Notes: generated by a model from the sequence alone, not told the origin. A stretch of DNA of 25,831 nt from a bacterium (GCA_046757165.1 JBHHXT010000056.1:1-25831); one strand, 5' to 3'. Positions 1 to 8,308 are shown, numbered from the stretch's first letter. Numbers and translations are program-made.

Positions 1-185
1 AGCTTCAGCTTGCTGGGGTGAGGGGAAAACACGCTAAAGCGTGAACACCCTAACTACCTCAGGCAAAAGCCGGAACGAAAAGAGTTTTCCCTGAATGGAG
101 TAGTTGCTGACCGGCGGGAGGCGGTGTTCAAGCTTCAGCTTGCTGGGGTGAGGGGAAAACACGCTAAAGCGTGAACACCCTAACT
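1..185. repeat. Two identical 55-bp direct repeats (1-55 and 131-185, 130-bp period), each a REP-like inverted doublet of short hairpins
   Basis: AGCTTCAGCTTGCTGGGGTGAGGGGAAAACACGCTAAAGCGTGAACACCCTAACT occurs exactly twice. The full copy is bounded by GGTGTTCA (123-130) and TGAACACC (172-179) and contains the hairpins CAAGCT-TC-AGCTTG and CACGCT-AA-AGCGTG. The first copy is cut by the window edge. Confidence 0.85.
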
Positions 186-331
186 CCGAACACCTGAACC
201 CGTTGAAAAGTTTGAGAAAAATTTGTCACTTATGACTTACGAGAACGTCATCAGTAACCCTGAGTAGTAAAGTCTCGCCAAAACACGGTCACAGACCGTG
301 TTGGATCATTTCCGGTTTTTCTTACCTTTCA

Positions 332-1171
332 TTATTTCATGAGCCCGGCACCGGCCCGCTGCATCGTCCGCAGATAGGTCAGCAGTTTTTCTTTTGGCTT
401 GTCCGTCAGCGTCAGCACCTCGTACATCATCAACGCCCCTTGCCAGTCCTCGCTGTACCAGGTGACCTCTTGCGGCAGGGTCGTTCTGCACAAGCTGTCC
501 GGCATGGGGTAGGCTGAAATGTAGAAATAGGGGTCGGGAATGCCTTCGTCGCCGGTGGTAAAGCCGAAGCTCATTTGTTCGTCCGCGTACTCTTCGTCCG
601 CCGGATCAACGCCCGGGACCCGCCGGCCGGAGAACCAGGTGAAGGCCAGGTCAAAGTGGTGCGGCCAGAAATTCACCGCACTGGTTTCCTGGCGCAGGGT
701 TGATTTGAATTCTTCAAATATCGTAGCGACTTGGCCGAGGACCTGCCAGAACCGCGTGACCGCTGTGCGGTCGTAGACTCTCGGCGAATTGTCTTCAAAA
801 TGGCGGCAATCGATCTCAGGGCGAATGCCCAGGTCGGCGAGAGCGGAGAGTGTTTGATCACAAAAGCTGGCGAGGGATTGGCCGCGCAGCCCGATCTCCA
901 ACTGGCGTCCGGCGCTCGATGCCACCACCAGTTTGTGGTCAACGAGGTTCAACTGCATCTTGAAGGCAAACGCACCGGGCGCCCCTGGTCCGGGAATCGG
1001 CGGTGTGGACAGCCCGGTCACATCCGGGCGCAGATTGATGTGCCACCAATGCTTGCTTCGGGGGGTCAGCGTTCCGCGAATTTCACCCAGGACCTGGCTG
1101 TACTTGTGAATGGTGTCGCGAGTCGGCTGCCAGTCGGCAAGCGACATCCCCGGAAAATTGAATTGAGTCAA
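332..1171 (-). CDS. DUF5996 family protein (about 279 aa)
   Basis: Motifs W.PTRDTIH..SQVLG, HWWH, FWPHHFDLA, FGF..GD...PYFY..AYP. The start is re-called at TTG 1171, 8 nt after a GGAGG RBS. The ORF-track start at 1354 overlaps the upstream gene. Confidence 0.8.
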   Translation of the reverse strand: MTQFNFPGMSLADWQPTRDTIHKYSQVLGEIRGTLTPRSKHWWHINLRPDVTGLSTPPIPGPGAPGAFAFKMQLNLVDHKLVVASSAGRQLEIGLRGQSLASFCDQTLSALADLGIRPEIDCRHFEDNSPRVYDRTAVTRFWQVLGQVATIFEEFKSTLRQETSAVNFWPHHFDLAFTWFSGRRVPGVDPADEEYADEQMSFGFTTGDEGIPDPYFYISAYPMPDSLCRTTLPQEVTWYSEDWQGALMMYEVLTLTDKPKEKLLTYLRTMQRAGAGLMK

Positions 1172-1193
1172 CGGTTCTTCCTCCGCCAAAGAA

Positions 1194-1532
1194 CTACTCC
1201 CTTTTCTCAAATTCTTCCACGTGCAGCTCGGGATGGCTCCGTGGCACGGCCACCCGGAACCAGATGAAAGGCAAGAGCGGGTTGGGCAGCCAGTACATCC
1301 AACCCAGGTTGCGAATTCTCTGCCCCGGCTCGACCTCCAGGTCCATCCAGACATACAGAAACTTATACGGACACACTCCGGGAATGAAGTTGGGTTTGAA
1401 TTTGTCCGTCAGCAAGTACTTGCGGCTGACATAAAGATTGCCTTCAAACGGAGTGATGCCCCAGCCAAGCGGGCCTTCTGCCAACGCAACGCCTGTGGGC
1501 CTGTGGCGGATGCGAACATATTTTCTTTCCAT
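1194..1532 (-). CDS. DUF427-like small protein (112 aa)
   Basis: The pattern EGNLY...CPYK..Y...W.Y..P.P....I...VA resembles DUF427. Its ATG overlaps the ytxJ stop codon (TAATG). Confidence 0.65.
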   Translation of the reverse strand: MERKYVRIRHRPTGVALAEGPLGWGITPFEGNLYVSRKYLLTDKFKPNFIPGVCPYKFLYVWMDLEVEPGQRIRNLGWMYWLPNPLLPFIWFRVAVPRSHPELHVEEFEKRE

Positions 1533-1876
1533 TAGCTCACCACCGATTTGATCTTTTTGACCGAGATGCCCAGGTGCGAAGAGGACAGGATAACCTTGCC
1601 TTCGCGTATGACCAGCACCTGTGGCGATTGGTGGCGCACCCCGAAAACCTTAGCCACGGCGTTCGAGACACCGCGATAGGTGACTAAATCGAGGTAGTAG
1701 ATCGGCAGGTCGTCCTGGCTGAACTTCAAGTTGCGCTCGAGGGCGCTTTTGACATAAGCACTGACCGGGCAGGTGATGCTGTGCTTGTAGATCGCGACCG
1801 GGCCCGTTTTTGATCGGTCAATGATTTCAGTTAGCTGCGTGTCTGATTTCAGTATCTTCCAGTCCATCAGGTTCAT
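1532..1876 (-). CDS. ytxJ: YtxJ family (DUF2847) monothiol thioredoxin-like, bacillithiol-system redox protein
   Basis: The motifs KHSITCPVS, YYLDL..YR.VSN.VA..FGV.HQSPQ and SH..I are characteristic of YtxJ. Confidence 0.9.
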   Translation of the reverse strand: MNLMDWKILKSDTQLTEIIDRSKTGPVAIYKHSITCPVSAYVKSALERNLKFSQDDLPIYYLDLVTYRGVSNAVAKVFGVRHQSPQVLVIREGKVILSSSHLGISVKKIKSVVS

Positions 1877-1956
1877 CTCTCAAGGTTCTCAAGGTATGGG
1901 AATAACTTATGCAAGTCAACCTCAAAATGGTAGAAAAAATTCCAGAAGATTTCTTC

Positions 1957-2050
1957 TGTCATTCCCGCGAAAGCGGGAATCTATTACCAGTTGATTTATC
2001 CGGATTCCTGCTCCCCGCTTCCGCGAACGACAAGCTTCGCAGGAATGACA
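1957..2050. repeat. Palindromic REP/RPE-like element (GTCATTCCCGCGAAAGCGGGAATC type), inverted pair
   Basis: TGTCATTCCCGCGAAAGCGGGAATCT at 1957-1982 and an inverted copy GGATTCCTGC...TTCGCAGGAATGACA at 2002-2050 whose loop carries about 23 extra nt. Confidence 0.85.
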
Positions 2051-2126
2051 AATCCTGGCTCTCTCCCGACTGAGCTGCCGCCATTATTCGCAGTTCCTGC
2101 CGAACAATCGCATTTTGTCCTCTTGC

Positions 2127-2726
2127 GTGAAGACAATTGGAAGCTTTGTGCTATTTCTTTCGATCTGTTTCAGTTTCGGATGCCAGAAGGATATGGACGT
2201 TGCCTCACCCCCTTCAGACTTGACCTCTTCTGAGAGACTCTCCGCCGGCCTGGCGGCCAGCGCCGGCAAGCTGCAAACCAATTGGATATTTGATGGCCAT
2301 TGGGGTACTGATGTGGCTGGTCGCACGCGTTGGTTTCGTGATTTCAACTCCGACAACGGGGGATACAAAGATGCAGACGGTCAGACCGGGACGGACATCG
2401 CCCTCATCAAGCTGGACGCCAGAAAAAAGGGATTGACGCCCATCGAAGATGACAATGAGAAGGGTGTACACCACAACGGAGCGACTTTTGATCCCTGTGT
2501 CAATGAGTACAGACTTCAACCTGTTCGCGCTGATCGGTGGGATTTGGGGACGGAGCCATGGGAAACTTTGAAGTTCCACATCAACCCGAGTGGCCGAAAG
2601 GATGATGTCTATACTTATTCCGGGGCGTTTGGGTTTACGGAGAGCAATACGTCCTTTTTCCCTCCAACCTGGGATGCTGATAATGCAGATTTGGGACCAA
2701 GACTGGTGAAGGAAACCGTTAACTGA
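2127..2726 (+). CDS. Hypothetical lipoprotein (about 199 aa)
   Basis: 600-bp ORF with N-terminus MKTIGSFVLFLSICFSFG-C (lipobox-like), followed by a strong hairpin. The start is uncertain (GTG 2127 or TTG 2115). No family recognised. Confidence 0.6.
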   Translation: MKTIGSFVLFLSICFSFGCQKDMDVASPPSDLTSSERLSAGLAASAGKLQTNWIFDGHWGTDVAGRTRWFRDFNSDNGGYKDADGQTGTDIALIKLDARKKGLTPIEDDNEKGVHHNGATFDPCVNEYRLQPVRADRWDLGTEPWETLKFHINPSGRKDDVYTYSGAFGFTESNTSFFPPTWDADNADLGPRLVKETVN

Positions 2727-2784
2727 CTAAGCTGACTTGAACTAACTTATTTAGCCAGACGAAGTCCGACGAAGCTTCATTACC

Positions 2785-2818
2785 TTGAGAGCCGGCTGTT
2801 GAAATGGCCGGCTCTCAA
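2785..2818. terminator. 12-bp stem-loop, possible terminator or mRNA-stabilising hairpin
   Basis: TTGAGAGCCGGC-N10-GCCGGCTCTCAA; no clear U-tract follows on the + strand. Confidence 0.5.
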
Positions 2819-2840
2819 AGAACCTAGAGGAGGCTTCTAG

Positions 2841-3887
2841 TTGGAGCTACGATGCAAACTGATTGTTGCTTATGTTGCTTATCTTTTTTTACCATGCATA
2901 CTACATGCCCAATTCCCCAAGACACTGGATCTGGCAAACTTTGGTGAGGATGTGAGAATTGTATATCATACCGAAGATGATAAAGACGGTTTTGGCAAGG
3001 ATCTCGCTACGGGTGACTTCAATGGTGACGGATATGATGATATTCTGGCAGGTGCATATACTTATAGCGATAGAGAGAATCTCCGCTTCAATGTCGGCAG
3101 GGCCTACATTGTTTTCGGTGGACCCGCGCTGCCCCGCATCCTTGATTTAGGTCATGCCAGGGCAAGATCAGTCCGGATAACTGGAGATGACCCCTGGGAC
3201 AATACCGGTTTTTATGTTGGCTCTGGCGACGTGAATGGTGACGGTTTTGAAGAGGCTATTGTCGGGAGCATTCAGGTTGGGAGTGTGACCACGCCTGGCA
3301 AATTGTATGTCGTCTATGGCCGGCAAAGTTGGCCCGAGGAATTCGATCTCAATACAAACGGAGGAGCCGTTGAAGGAATTACTCGGATTACCGGAAAACT
3401 GCCCGGCGATATTCTTACGACCCGCTACACCGACCACCGCGATCGTATCGTGCTGCAATTCGAGGGGGAGCCGGATGTGCGAGTGCTGCCATTGAACCTG
3501 GACGAGGTTCCACAGGTCATGACCGGGCCGGAATGGCGGTTGGACATCGGCATCGCGTGGCGACCCCTGAAAAATCTGATGGCTGCGCTGGACCTTTATT
3601 CCGACGGCGGGTTCGGCGCCGGCCTGGAGTGGGAGCCGCTGAAAGGAATCTATCTGCGCCAGGGCATCAACCGCAAAAGCGACGGCCTGTTCAAGCCGGA
3701 AAAACTGTTTTCGCTGGGGCATGGCCTCGGCGTGCGCTATGGCGCAGCCCGCTTCGACCTGACGTTCTACCACAGCCAGGGCCGGGATATCGCAACAGCG
3801 GCCATTCCAAATGGTCAGCTTCACATCCGGCCAAAAATCAGTGGCGACCGCATCTGGATGATGACGGTGTTGTTTTCTGTGAAGTAA
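2841..3887 (+). CDS. FG-GAP repeat protein fused to an outer-membrane beta-strand C-terminal fragment (probable chimera)
   Basis: TTG start with an AGGAGG RBS, signal peptide, and two FG-GAP repeats (GDFNGDGYDDIL..A, GDVNGDGFEE, GRAYIVFG, GKLYVVYG). After about 3418 the protein switches to amphipathic beta-strands (GAGLEW, GLGVRY...FDLTF). Confidence 0.7.
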   Translation: MELRCKLIVAYVAYLFLPCILHAQFPKTLDLANFGEDVRIVYHTEDDKDGFGKDLATGDFNGDGYDDILAGAYTYSDRENLRFNVGRAYIVFGGPALPRILDLGHARARSVRITGDDPWDNTGFYVGSGDVNGDGFEEAIVGSIQVGSVTTPGKLYVVYGRQSWPEEFDLNTNGGAVEGITRITGKLPGDILTTRYTDHRDRIVLQFEGEPDVRVLPLNLDEVPQVMTGPEWRLDIGIAWRPLKNLMAALDLYSDGGFGAGLEWEPLKGIYLRQGINRKSDGLFKPEKLFSLGHGLGVRYGAARFDLTFYHSQGRDIATAAIPNGQLHIRPKISGDRIWMMTVLFSVK

Positions 3888-3908
3888 GTATGTGAACATA
3901 AGAAAGTC

Positions 3909-3992
3909 TCACACAAAGACCCCAAGAGCACGAAGCTTTCAAACGAAAGCTATCTCTTATTTGTTCTTTGCGTACTTTGCGGCTTTGCGTGA
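3909..3992. repeat. Inverted pair of 8-9-nt tandem arrays (CGCAAAG / CTTTGCG) between convergent genes
   Basis: TCACACAAAG ACCCCAAG AGCACGAAG (3909-3935), a 30-nt loop, then CTTTGCGTA CTTTGCGG CTTTGCGTGA (3966-3992). Confidence 0.8.
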
Positions 3993-4043
3993 TGAAAAAC
4001 TTTGCAAGAAAATGCAAAGAATGACTGATAATACGATATGTCC

Positions 4044-6695
4044 TTATTTCAAGACGACCATCTTACGGCTGATGCGACTGCCCTGAGTCATGAGCTGATA
4101 CAGATAAAGCCCCGACGAAATTCCCTCACCTCGATTGTCTGTGCCGTCCCAGAAAGCCTGATGCCACCCTTTTGTCTGCCGTCCGCTGACCAGCCGCCGC
4201 ACTTGCTGACCCAGAGCGTTGTAGATGACCAGGTCGACTTGCTGATCTTGTTCGAGAAAGTAGGGGATGCGGGTCTCGAGGTTGAAGGGGTTCGGGTAGT
4301 TTTGCTCCAGGGCTACCGTTTCCGGAATCACAGGGCCCGCTTCTGTGACAAGGGTCGCCTCCGGCTGCGGCAAACGGCTTTCATAAAAGCCATTGCCATG
4401 TGTGGCGACCCGCAGCACCCGGTTTGAGCGCGAAATGGACAGGTCCATTGCAAAGACGGCGTCCGGCAACCCCTGCATGTGTACCTGCCAGGTTCGCCCG
4501 CCATCGGGGGAAAAGTAAACACCGATATCGGTTCCGACGAAAATCTGCTGCGGAAAATCCGGGTCGATCGTCACGGCCCAGGCCGGGGCATCCGGCAGCC
4601 CGGCACCGATATCTTGCCAGGTGGCGCCGCCATCGTCCGTGCGAAAGAGATGCGAGAGACCGAAACCGCCAAAGGTCACCAGAACCGTCCGGTCGTTGTT
4701 CGGGTCGACCGCCAAGTCGGTGGGAAACCGGTCGGGCAAATCACCTGTGATCGTCACCCATGTCTCACCGCCGGTTGTGGTTTTGAACAGGTTTCCCCGG
4801 CTCTCGCCCGGGCTGGTCGCGCCATAAACAACATCGACATCCTGGTGGGAGCAGCCAAGGGCTATCAACGGGTTGGCATCCAGCGGCTGGCCGCCGTTGG
4901 TGTCTCTCCAGGTCACGCCACCGTTCGTCGACTTGTGCACCCTGTTGCTGCCAGCGTAGAGCGTCTGGTTGTCCACCGGGCTCAAAACAAATGGCGCGAT
5001 GAAATTCGTTTGCATAAGATCGCGCGGCGGCGTAATGTCGATGAAGCTGTTGTTGCGGCCACGGTTCAGACTCATCGAGATTTGTAGCCACTGCAACGAA
5101 ACGTAGATGACGTCGTTGTTGCTCTGGTTGATGGCTGTCCACGCGCCATCCCCGCCAAAGAGGCGCCTCCAGGATTCGCTGCCTTCGTAAGCGGCGCTGT
5201 TGTTGTCCTGCATCCCCCCGACGGTGAACAGAGAATCGGTGTCCGAGCTCGAGACGCCGTTGTAAAACTGCGTGGTCTGGTACCCCCGGTTCAGGTTGCG
5301 AACCGTCCGACCACCGTCCTCGGACCGGAACACGCCGCCATCGTTGGCGAAGTAGATAATCTCCGGATTGGTCGGGTGAAAGACGATGTTGTGAAAGTCC
5401 GCCCAGGAGGAGGTGAGGCCCAGCGCCACCGTCTCGGGATGGGGCCGAAAGAGCCCCTCGCCGCTCACAAACGCCAGGTTATGTCCGCCGTCTGTGGAGC
5501 GAACCGGCGTGAACGGCTGCCCGGCTGCCCAGACGATATCGGGGTTGGTTGGGTCCACCACCACGTCGTGCGCGTACCAGCCTTGAATACTCGAATAATC
5601 GAGGGTCGAGACCACCGACCAGGTATCGCCGCCATCGCTGGTCTTGACCACCCAGGTGCCCGTGGCGCGATTGAAGACCGAGCCGTTGGAGAAGCCGATG
5701 CTGGCGTAGACGATCTCGGGCGAGGAGAGCGAAATAGAAAGCCGCGCCTTGCCATTAAAGGAGGGTACGCCCGGGATGACCATTTGCTGCCACGTTTGAC
5801 CGCTGTCTTGCGTGCGGTAAAGACCGTGTCCCGCACTCCGCATGCCGCCACAGGCGACGAAGACAACGGTGGTATCCTGCGGGTTGACCGCGATGTCGGT
5901 GGCCATGACCACATCGTGCACTTTTTGCCAGCTCACGCCGGCGTCGACCGATTTGAAGGTCCCTTCGGTGGTGGCGGCCCAGACCGTGGCCGACCGCAGC
6001 GGGTTGATGCGCACCATCTGCACACCGCGTTTCTGGTTGACCAGCCAATCGAGACTTTTGCGCCAGGTTTGACCACCGTCAGACGTTTTCAGGATACCAA
6101 TGCCGTAGCTGCCACGGGTCAGCCGCTCGCCCGTGATGCCGGGATGGGTTTCTTCGCTGCCATAGACTTCGCCGGTGCCGATGTAGATGGTGTTGGAATC
6201 GTCCGGCGCAATGGCGATGGCGCTGACGCCGAGCACTGGAAAACCCGTCGTGACCCTGTGCCACGCCCCGGCGCCGACGCCGCCCGTCGTGCTGCGCCAG
6301 AGACCGCCGCTGGCCGAGCCCGCGTAAACCGTATTTGGATTTTGCGGATTGAGGGCAATGGCCAGCGTTCTCCCACCGATGTTGTGCGGACCGATGGGGT
6401 GCCAGGCCTCCAGCTCGACTTGCGCCGTTTGCAGTCTGGCCGCCGCGGCTTTTGTTTTGGAAAAATCAAACGCGGGCGCAATGCCGGCATCCGGTATCGT
6501 TGGCTCAGGGTAAGCGCGCGCGCTGGTGATGAACCGGAGCGCGCGGAGCGCCCCGGAACTGGTTTTATGGTTGTATTGTTTTATTGTTGTATTGCTGGAT
6601 GGTTGGCCAGCCTCACCACCCGAACCTGACCATTTAACAATGAAACAATAGAACAATAAAACAATAAAACAATAAAACAATAAGAATAGTCTCAC
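4044..6695 (-). CDS. Secreted BNR/Asp-box (VPS10/YCF48-like) beta-propeller protein with a C-terminal T9SS-type/FlgD-Ig sorting domain (about 883 aa)
   Basis: W..IGP.NIGGRT, many S.DGG.TW Asp-boxes, ATHGNG, and a C-terminal LEQNYPNPFN...WDG.D..G..SSGLY.Y.L...KMVVLK. The start is re-called at GTG 6695, which overlaps the upstream TGA (GTGA) and is preceded by GGGGGGTAGGT. Confidence 0.85.
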   Translation of the reverse strand: MRLFLLFYCFIVLLFYCFIVKWSGSGGEAGQPSSNTTIKQYNHKTSSGALRALRFITSARAYPEPTIPDAGIAPAFDFSKTKAAAARLQTAQVELEAWHPIGPHNIGGRTLAIALNPQNPNTVYAGSASGGLWRSTTGGVGAGAWHRVTTGFPVLGVSAIAIAPDDSNTIYIGTGEVYGSEETHPGITGERLTRGSYGIGILKTSDGGQTWRKSLDWLVNQKRGVQMVRINPLRSATVWAATTEGTFKSVDAGVSWQKVHDVVMATDIAVNPQDTTVVFVACGGMRSAGHGLYRTQDSGQTWQQMVIPGVPSFNGKARLSISLSSPEIVYASIGFSNGSVFNRATGTWVVKTSDGGDTWSVVSTLDYSSIQGWYAHDVVVDPTNPDIVWAAGQPFTPVRSTDGGHNLAFVSGEGLFRPHPETVALGLTSSWADFHNIVFHPTNPEIIYFANDGGVFRSEDGGRTVRNLNRGYQTTQFYNGVSSSDTDSLFTVGGMQDNNSAAYEGSESWRRLFGGDGAWTAINQSNNDVIYVSLQWLQISMSLNRGRNNSFIDITPPRDLMQTNFIAPFVLSPVDNQTLYAGSNRVHKSTNGGVTWRDTNGGQPLDANPLIALGCSHQDVDVVYGATSPGESRGNLFKTTTGGETWVTITGDLPDRFPTDLAVDPNNDRTVLVTFGGFGLSHLFRTDDGGATWQDIGAGLPDAPAWAVTIDPDFPQQIFVGTDIGVYFSPDGGRTWQVHMQGLPDAVFAMDLSISRSNRVLRVATHGNGFYESRLPQPEATLVTEAGPVIPETVALEQNYPNPFNLETRIPYFLEQDQQVDLVIYNALGQQVRRLVSGRQTKGWHQAFWDGTDNRGEGISSGLYLYQLMTQGSRISRKMVVLK
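6564..6684. repeat. Inverted pair of 8-nt tandem arrays (ACAATAAA consensus) inside the 5' end of the beta-propeller gene
   Basis: 5 units TTTATGGT TGTATTGT TTTATTGT TGTATTGC TGGATGGT (6564-6603), a 25-nt loop, then 7 units ACCATTTA ACAATGAA ACAATAGA ACAATAAA x3 ACAATAAG (6629-6684). Confidence 0.9.
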
Positions 6696-8308
6696 GCCTG
6701 ACCTACCCCCCCATACCTGATTCCCGCCAAACAAGCCAGATCGCGCTTGAAGGTCGTAATATCATCCTGACAGAACTGGTTGAGATGCGTATGCCCGCAA
6801 GCCCGCGCCATGATTTGCATCAATTGCACCGTGGCCTTGAAGAAATTCTCCAGGCGGCGGGCGGAAAGTTCGATGTCGAGTCGCCGGCGCAGATGCGCCT
6901 TCTGGGTCGCGATGCCCACCGGGCAGTTGTTGGTGTGGCAAGCGCGCATCGCCTGGCAGCCGATGGCCTGAATCGCGGCATTGGAGACGGCGATGGCGTC
7001 CGCACCGAGCGCCAGCGCTTTGATGAAATCCGGTGCCGTGCGCAACCCGCCCGTGATGATCAAGGTGATGCCCTGGCATCCGCGTTTGTCGAGATGCCGG
7101 CGTGCGCGGGCAAGCGCCGGGATGGTCGGCACGGAAATGTTGTCACGAAACAGGGCCGGCGCCGCGCCGGTGCCGCCACCGCGGCCGTCCAGGATGATGT
7201 AATCCACCCCCACTTCTATGGCCGCGTCGAGGTCCTCTTCGATGTGGTTCGCAGACAATTTAAAGCCGATAGGAATGCCTCCGGTCACATCCCGCACCTC
7301 GTTGGCAAAATTCTTGAAATCGGTCAGGCAGCCAAAATCGACAAATCTGGGCGGCGAGATAGCCGGTTCTCCCTCGGGGATGCCGCGTACTTGACTGATC
7401 TTGCCTGTGTTCTTGTGTCCGGGCAAGTGGCCGCCGGTCCCGGTTTTGGCACCCTGACCGCCCTTGAAATGAAAGGCCTGCACCTTTTTCGTCAACTCCA
7501 TTTTGAATCCGAATTTGGCAGAGGCGAGCTCGTACAAATAGCGACTGTTCTCTGCCTGCTCCTCCGGCAGCATGCCGCCTTCGCCCGAACAGATGCCCGT
7601 GCCCGCTTTTTCAGCGCCGCGCGCCAGCGCAACCTTGGCTTCTTCAGAAAGCGAGCCGAAGCTCATATCAGATACAAACAGCGGCAGGCTTAATTCCAGC
7701 GGTTTTCCGGCGTTTGGCCCGATAATCACCCTTGTATCGACCTCCACTTCCTCGAGGTGCGGCAAACGCGCCAGTTGCGCCGGCAAGATCTGAATGTCGT
7801 CCCACTTCGGCAGGAGGTGGGTGCCGACCCCCATGGAGGCAACCGCACCGTGATGCCCGTGCTTCGACAATCCGTACTTTGCCAGGTGATGGATCTCAGC
7901 AGTCTTCGGCTCTTCCTCCGCCGGATGCGTCGCCTCGAACGCCCCCAAATATTCCTGCCGGTGGACAAGCTCCGGGTGCTCCTGTTCATAGGCCGCAATC
8001 TCCGCCTCATCGACCCAGACCTGCCCGTCCTCAACCACCGCCGTAAACTTGTGCAGCACCTCATGGTTGTCGTATTCGCTGATGCCGCTATCGAAACGGT
8101 AGTCCCAGTCGTGCACGCCACAGATGATGTTGTGGCCGTCGACATGGCCATCCGCCATGAGCGCGCCGCGGTGCAAACAACGGCCGTACAACACGGACAC
8201 CTGGTCATCGTAGCGGATGATCACCAGGTCGGTATTCCGGACCAGGGCGTGGGCGGGCTGGCGGTCTTTTAGATCCTTCCATCTATGGATCGAGATCCTA
8301 TTTTGCAT
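6692..8308 (-). CDS. Rieske [2Fe-2S] + FMN-binding glutamate synthase family protein (538 aa)
   Basis: N-terminal Rieske CLH...CGVH; FMN domain motifs MSFGSLS, SGEGG, QGAK...GGHLPG, DGRGGGTG; [3Fe-4S] motif C...RACHTNNCPVGIATQ; AGGAG RBS. Confidence 0.92.
   Translation of the reverse strand: MQNRISIHRWKDLKDRQPAHALVRNTDLVIIRYDDQVSVLYGRCLHRGALMADGHVDGHNIICGVHDWDYRFDSGISEYDNHEVLHKFTAVVEDGQVWVDEAEIAAYEQEHPELVHRQEYLGAFEATHPAEEEPKTAEIHHLAKYGLSKHGHHGAVASMGVGTHLLPKWDDIQILPAQLARLPHLEEVEVDTRVIIGPNAGKPLELSLPLFVSDMSFGSLSEEAKVALARGAEKAGTGICSGEGGMLPEEQAENSRYLYELASAKFGFKMELTKKVQAFHFKGGQGAKTGTGGHLPGHKNTGKISQVRGIPEGEPAISPPRFVDFGCLTDFKNFANEVRDVTGGIPIGFKLSANHIEEDLDAAIEVGVDYIILDGRGGGTGAAPALFRDNISVPTIPALARARRHLDKRGCQGITLIITGGLRTAPDFIKALALGADAIAVSNAAIQAIGCQAMRACHTNNCPVGIATQKAHLRRRLDIELSARRLENFFKATVQLMQIMARACGHTHLNQFCQDDITTFKRDLACLAGIRYGGVGQA

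Noticed and set aside
1..185. CRISPR array
   Set aside because: Only two copies; the repeat is at least 55 bp with a 130-bp period and REP-like internal structure, and no cas genes are present in the window.
2721..2750. Additional 9-10-nt array (CTGACT/CTAACT x3) after the lipoprotein stop
   Set aside because: Only three weak units and no inverted arm; it could be chance.
5376..6629. 417-aa plus-strand ORF and similar long overlapping ORFs (6785-7693, 10757-11590, 13044-13784, 15052-15945, 19456-20259)
   Set aside because: They are antisense to well-supported genes, with composition typical of shadow frames.
6696..6734. ORF-track start at 6734 for the beta-propeller gene (likewise 1354, 9961, 12400, 15010, 21340 for other genes)
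   Set aside because: These extensions overlap neighbouring genes or lack an RBS; the downstream starts have better RBS, signal-peptide or domain-boundary context.
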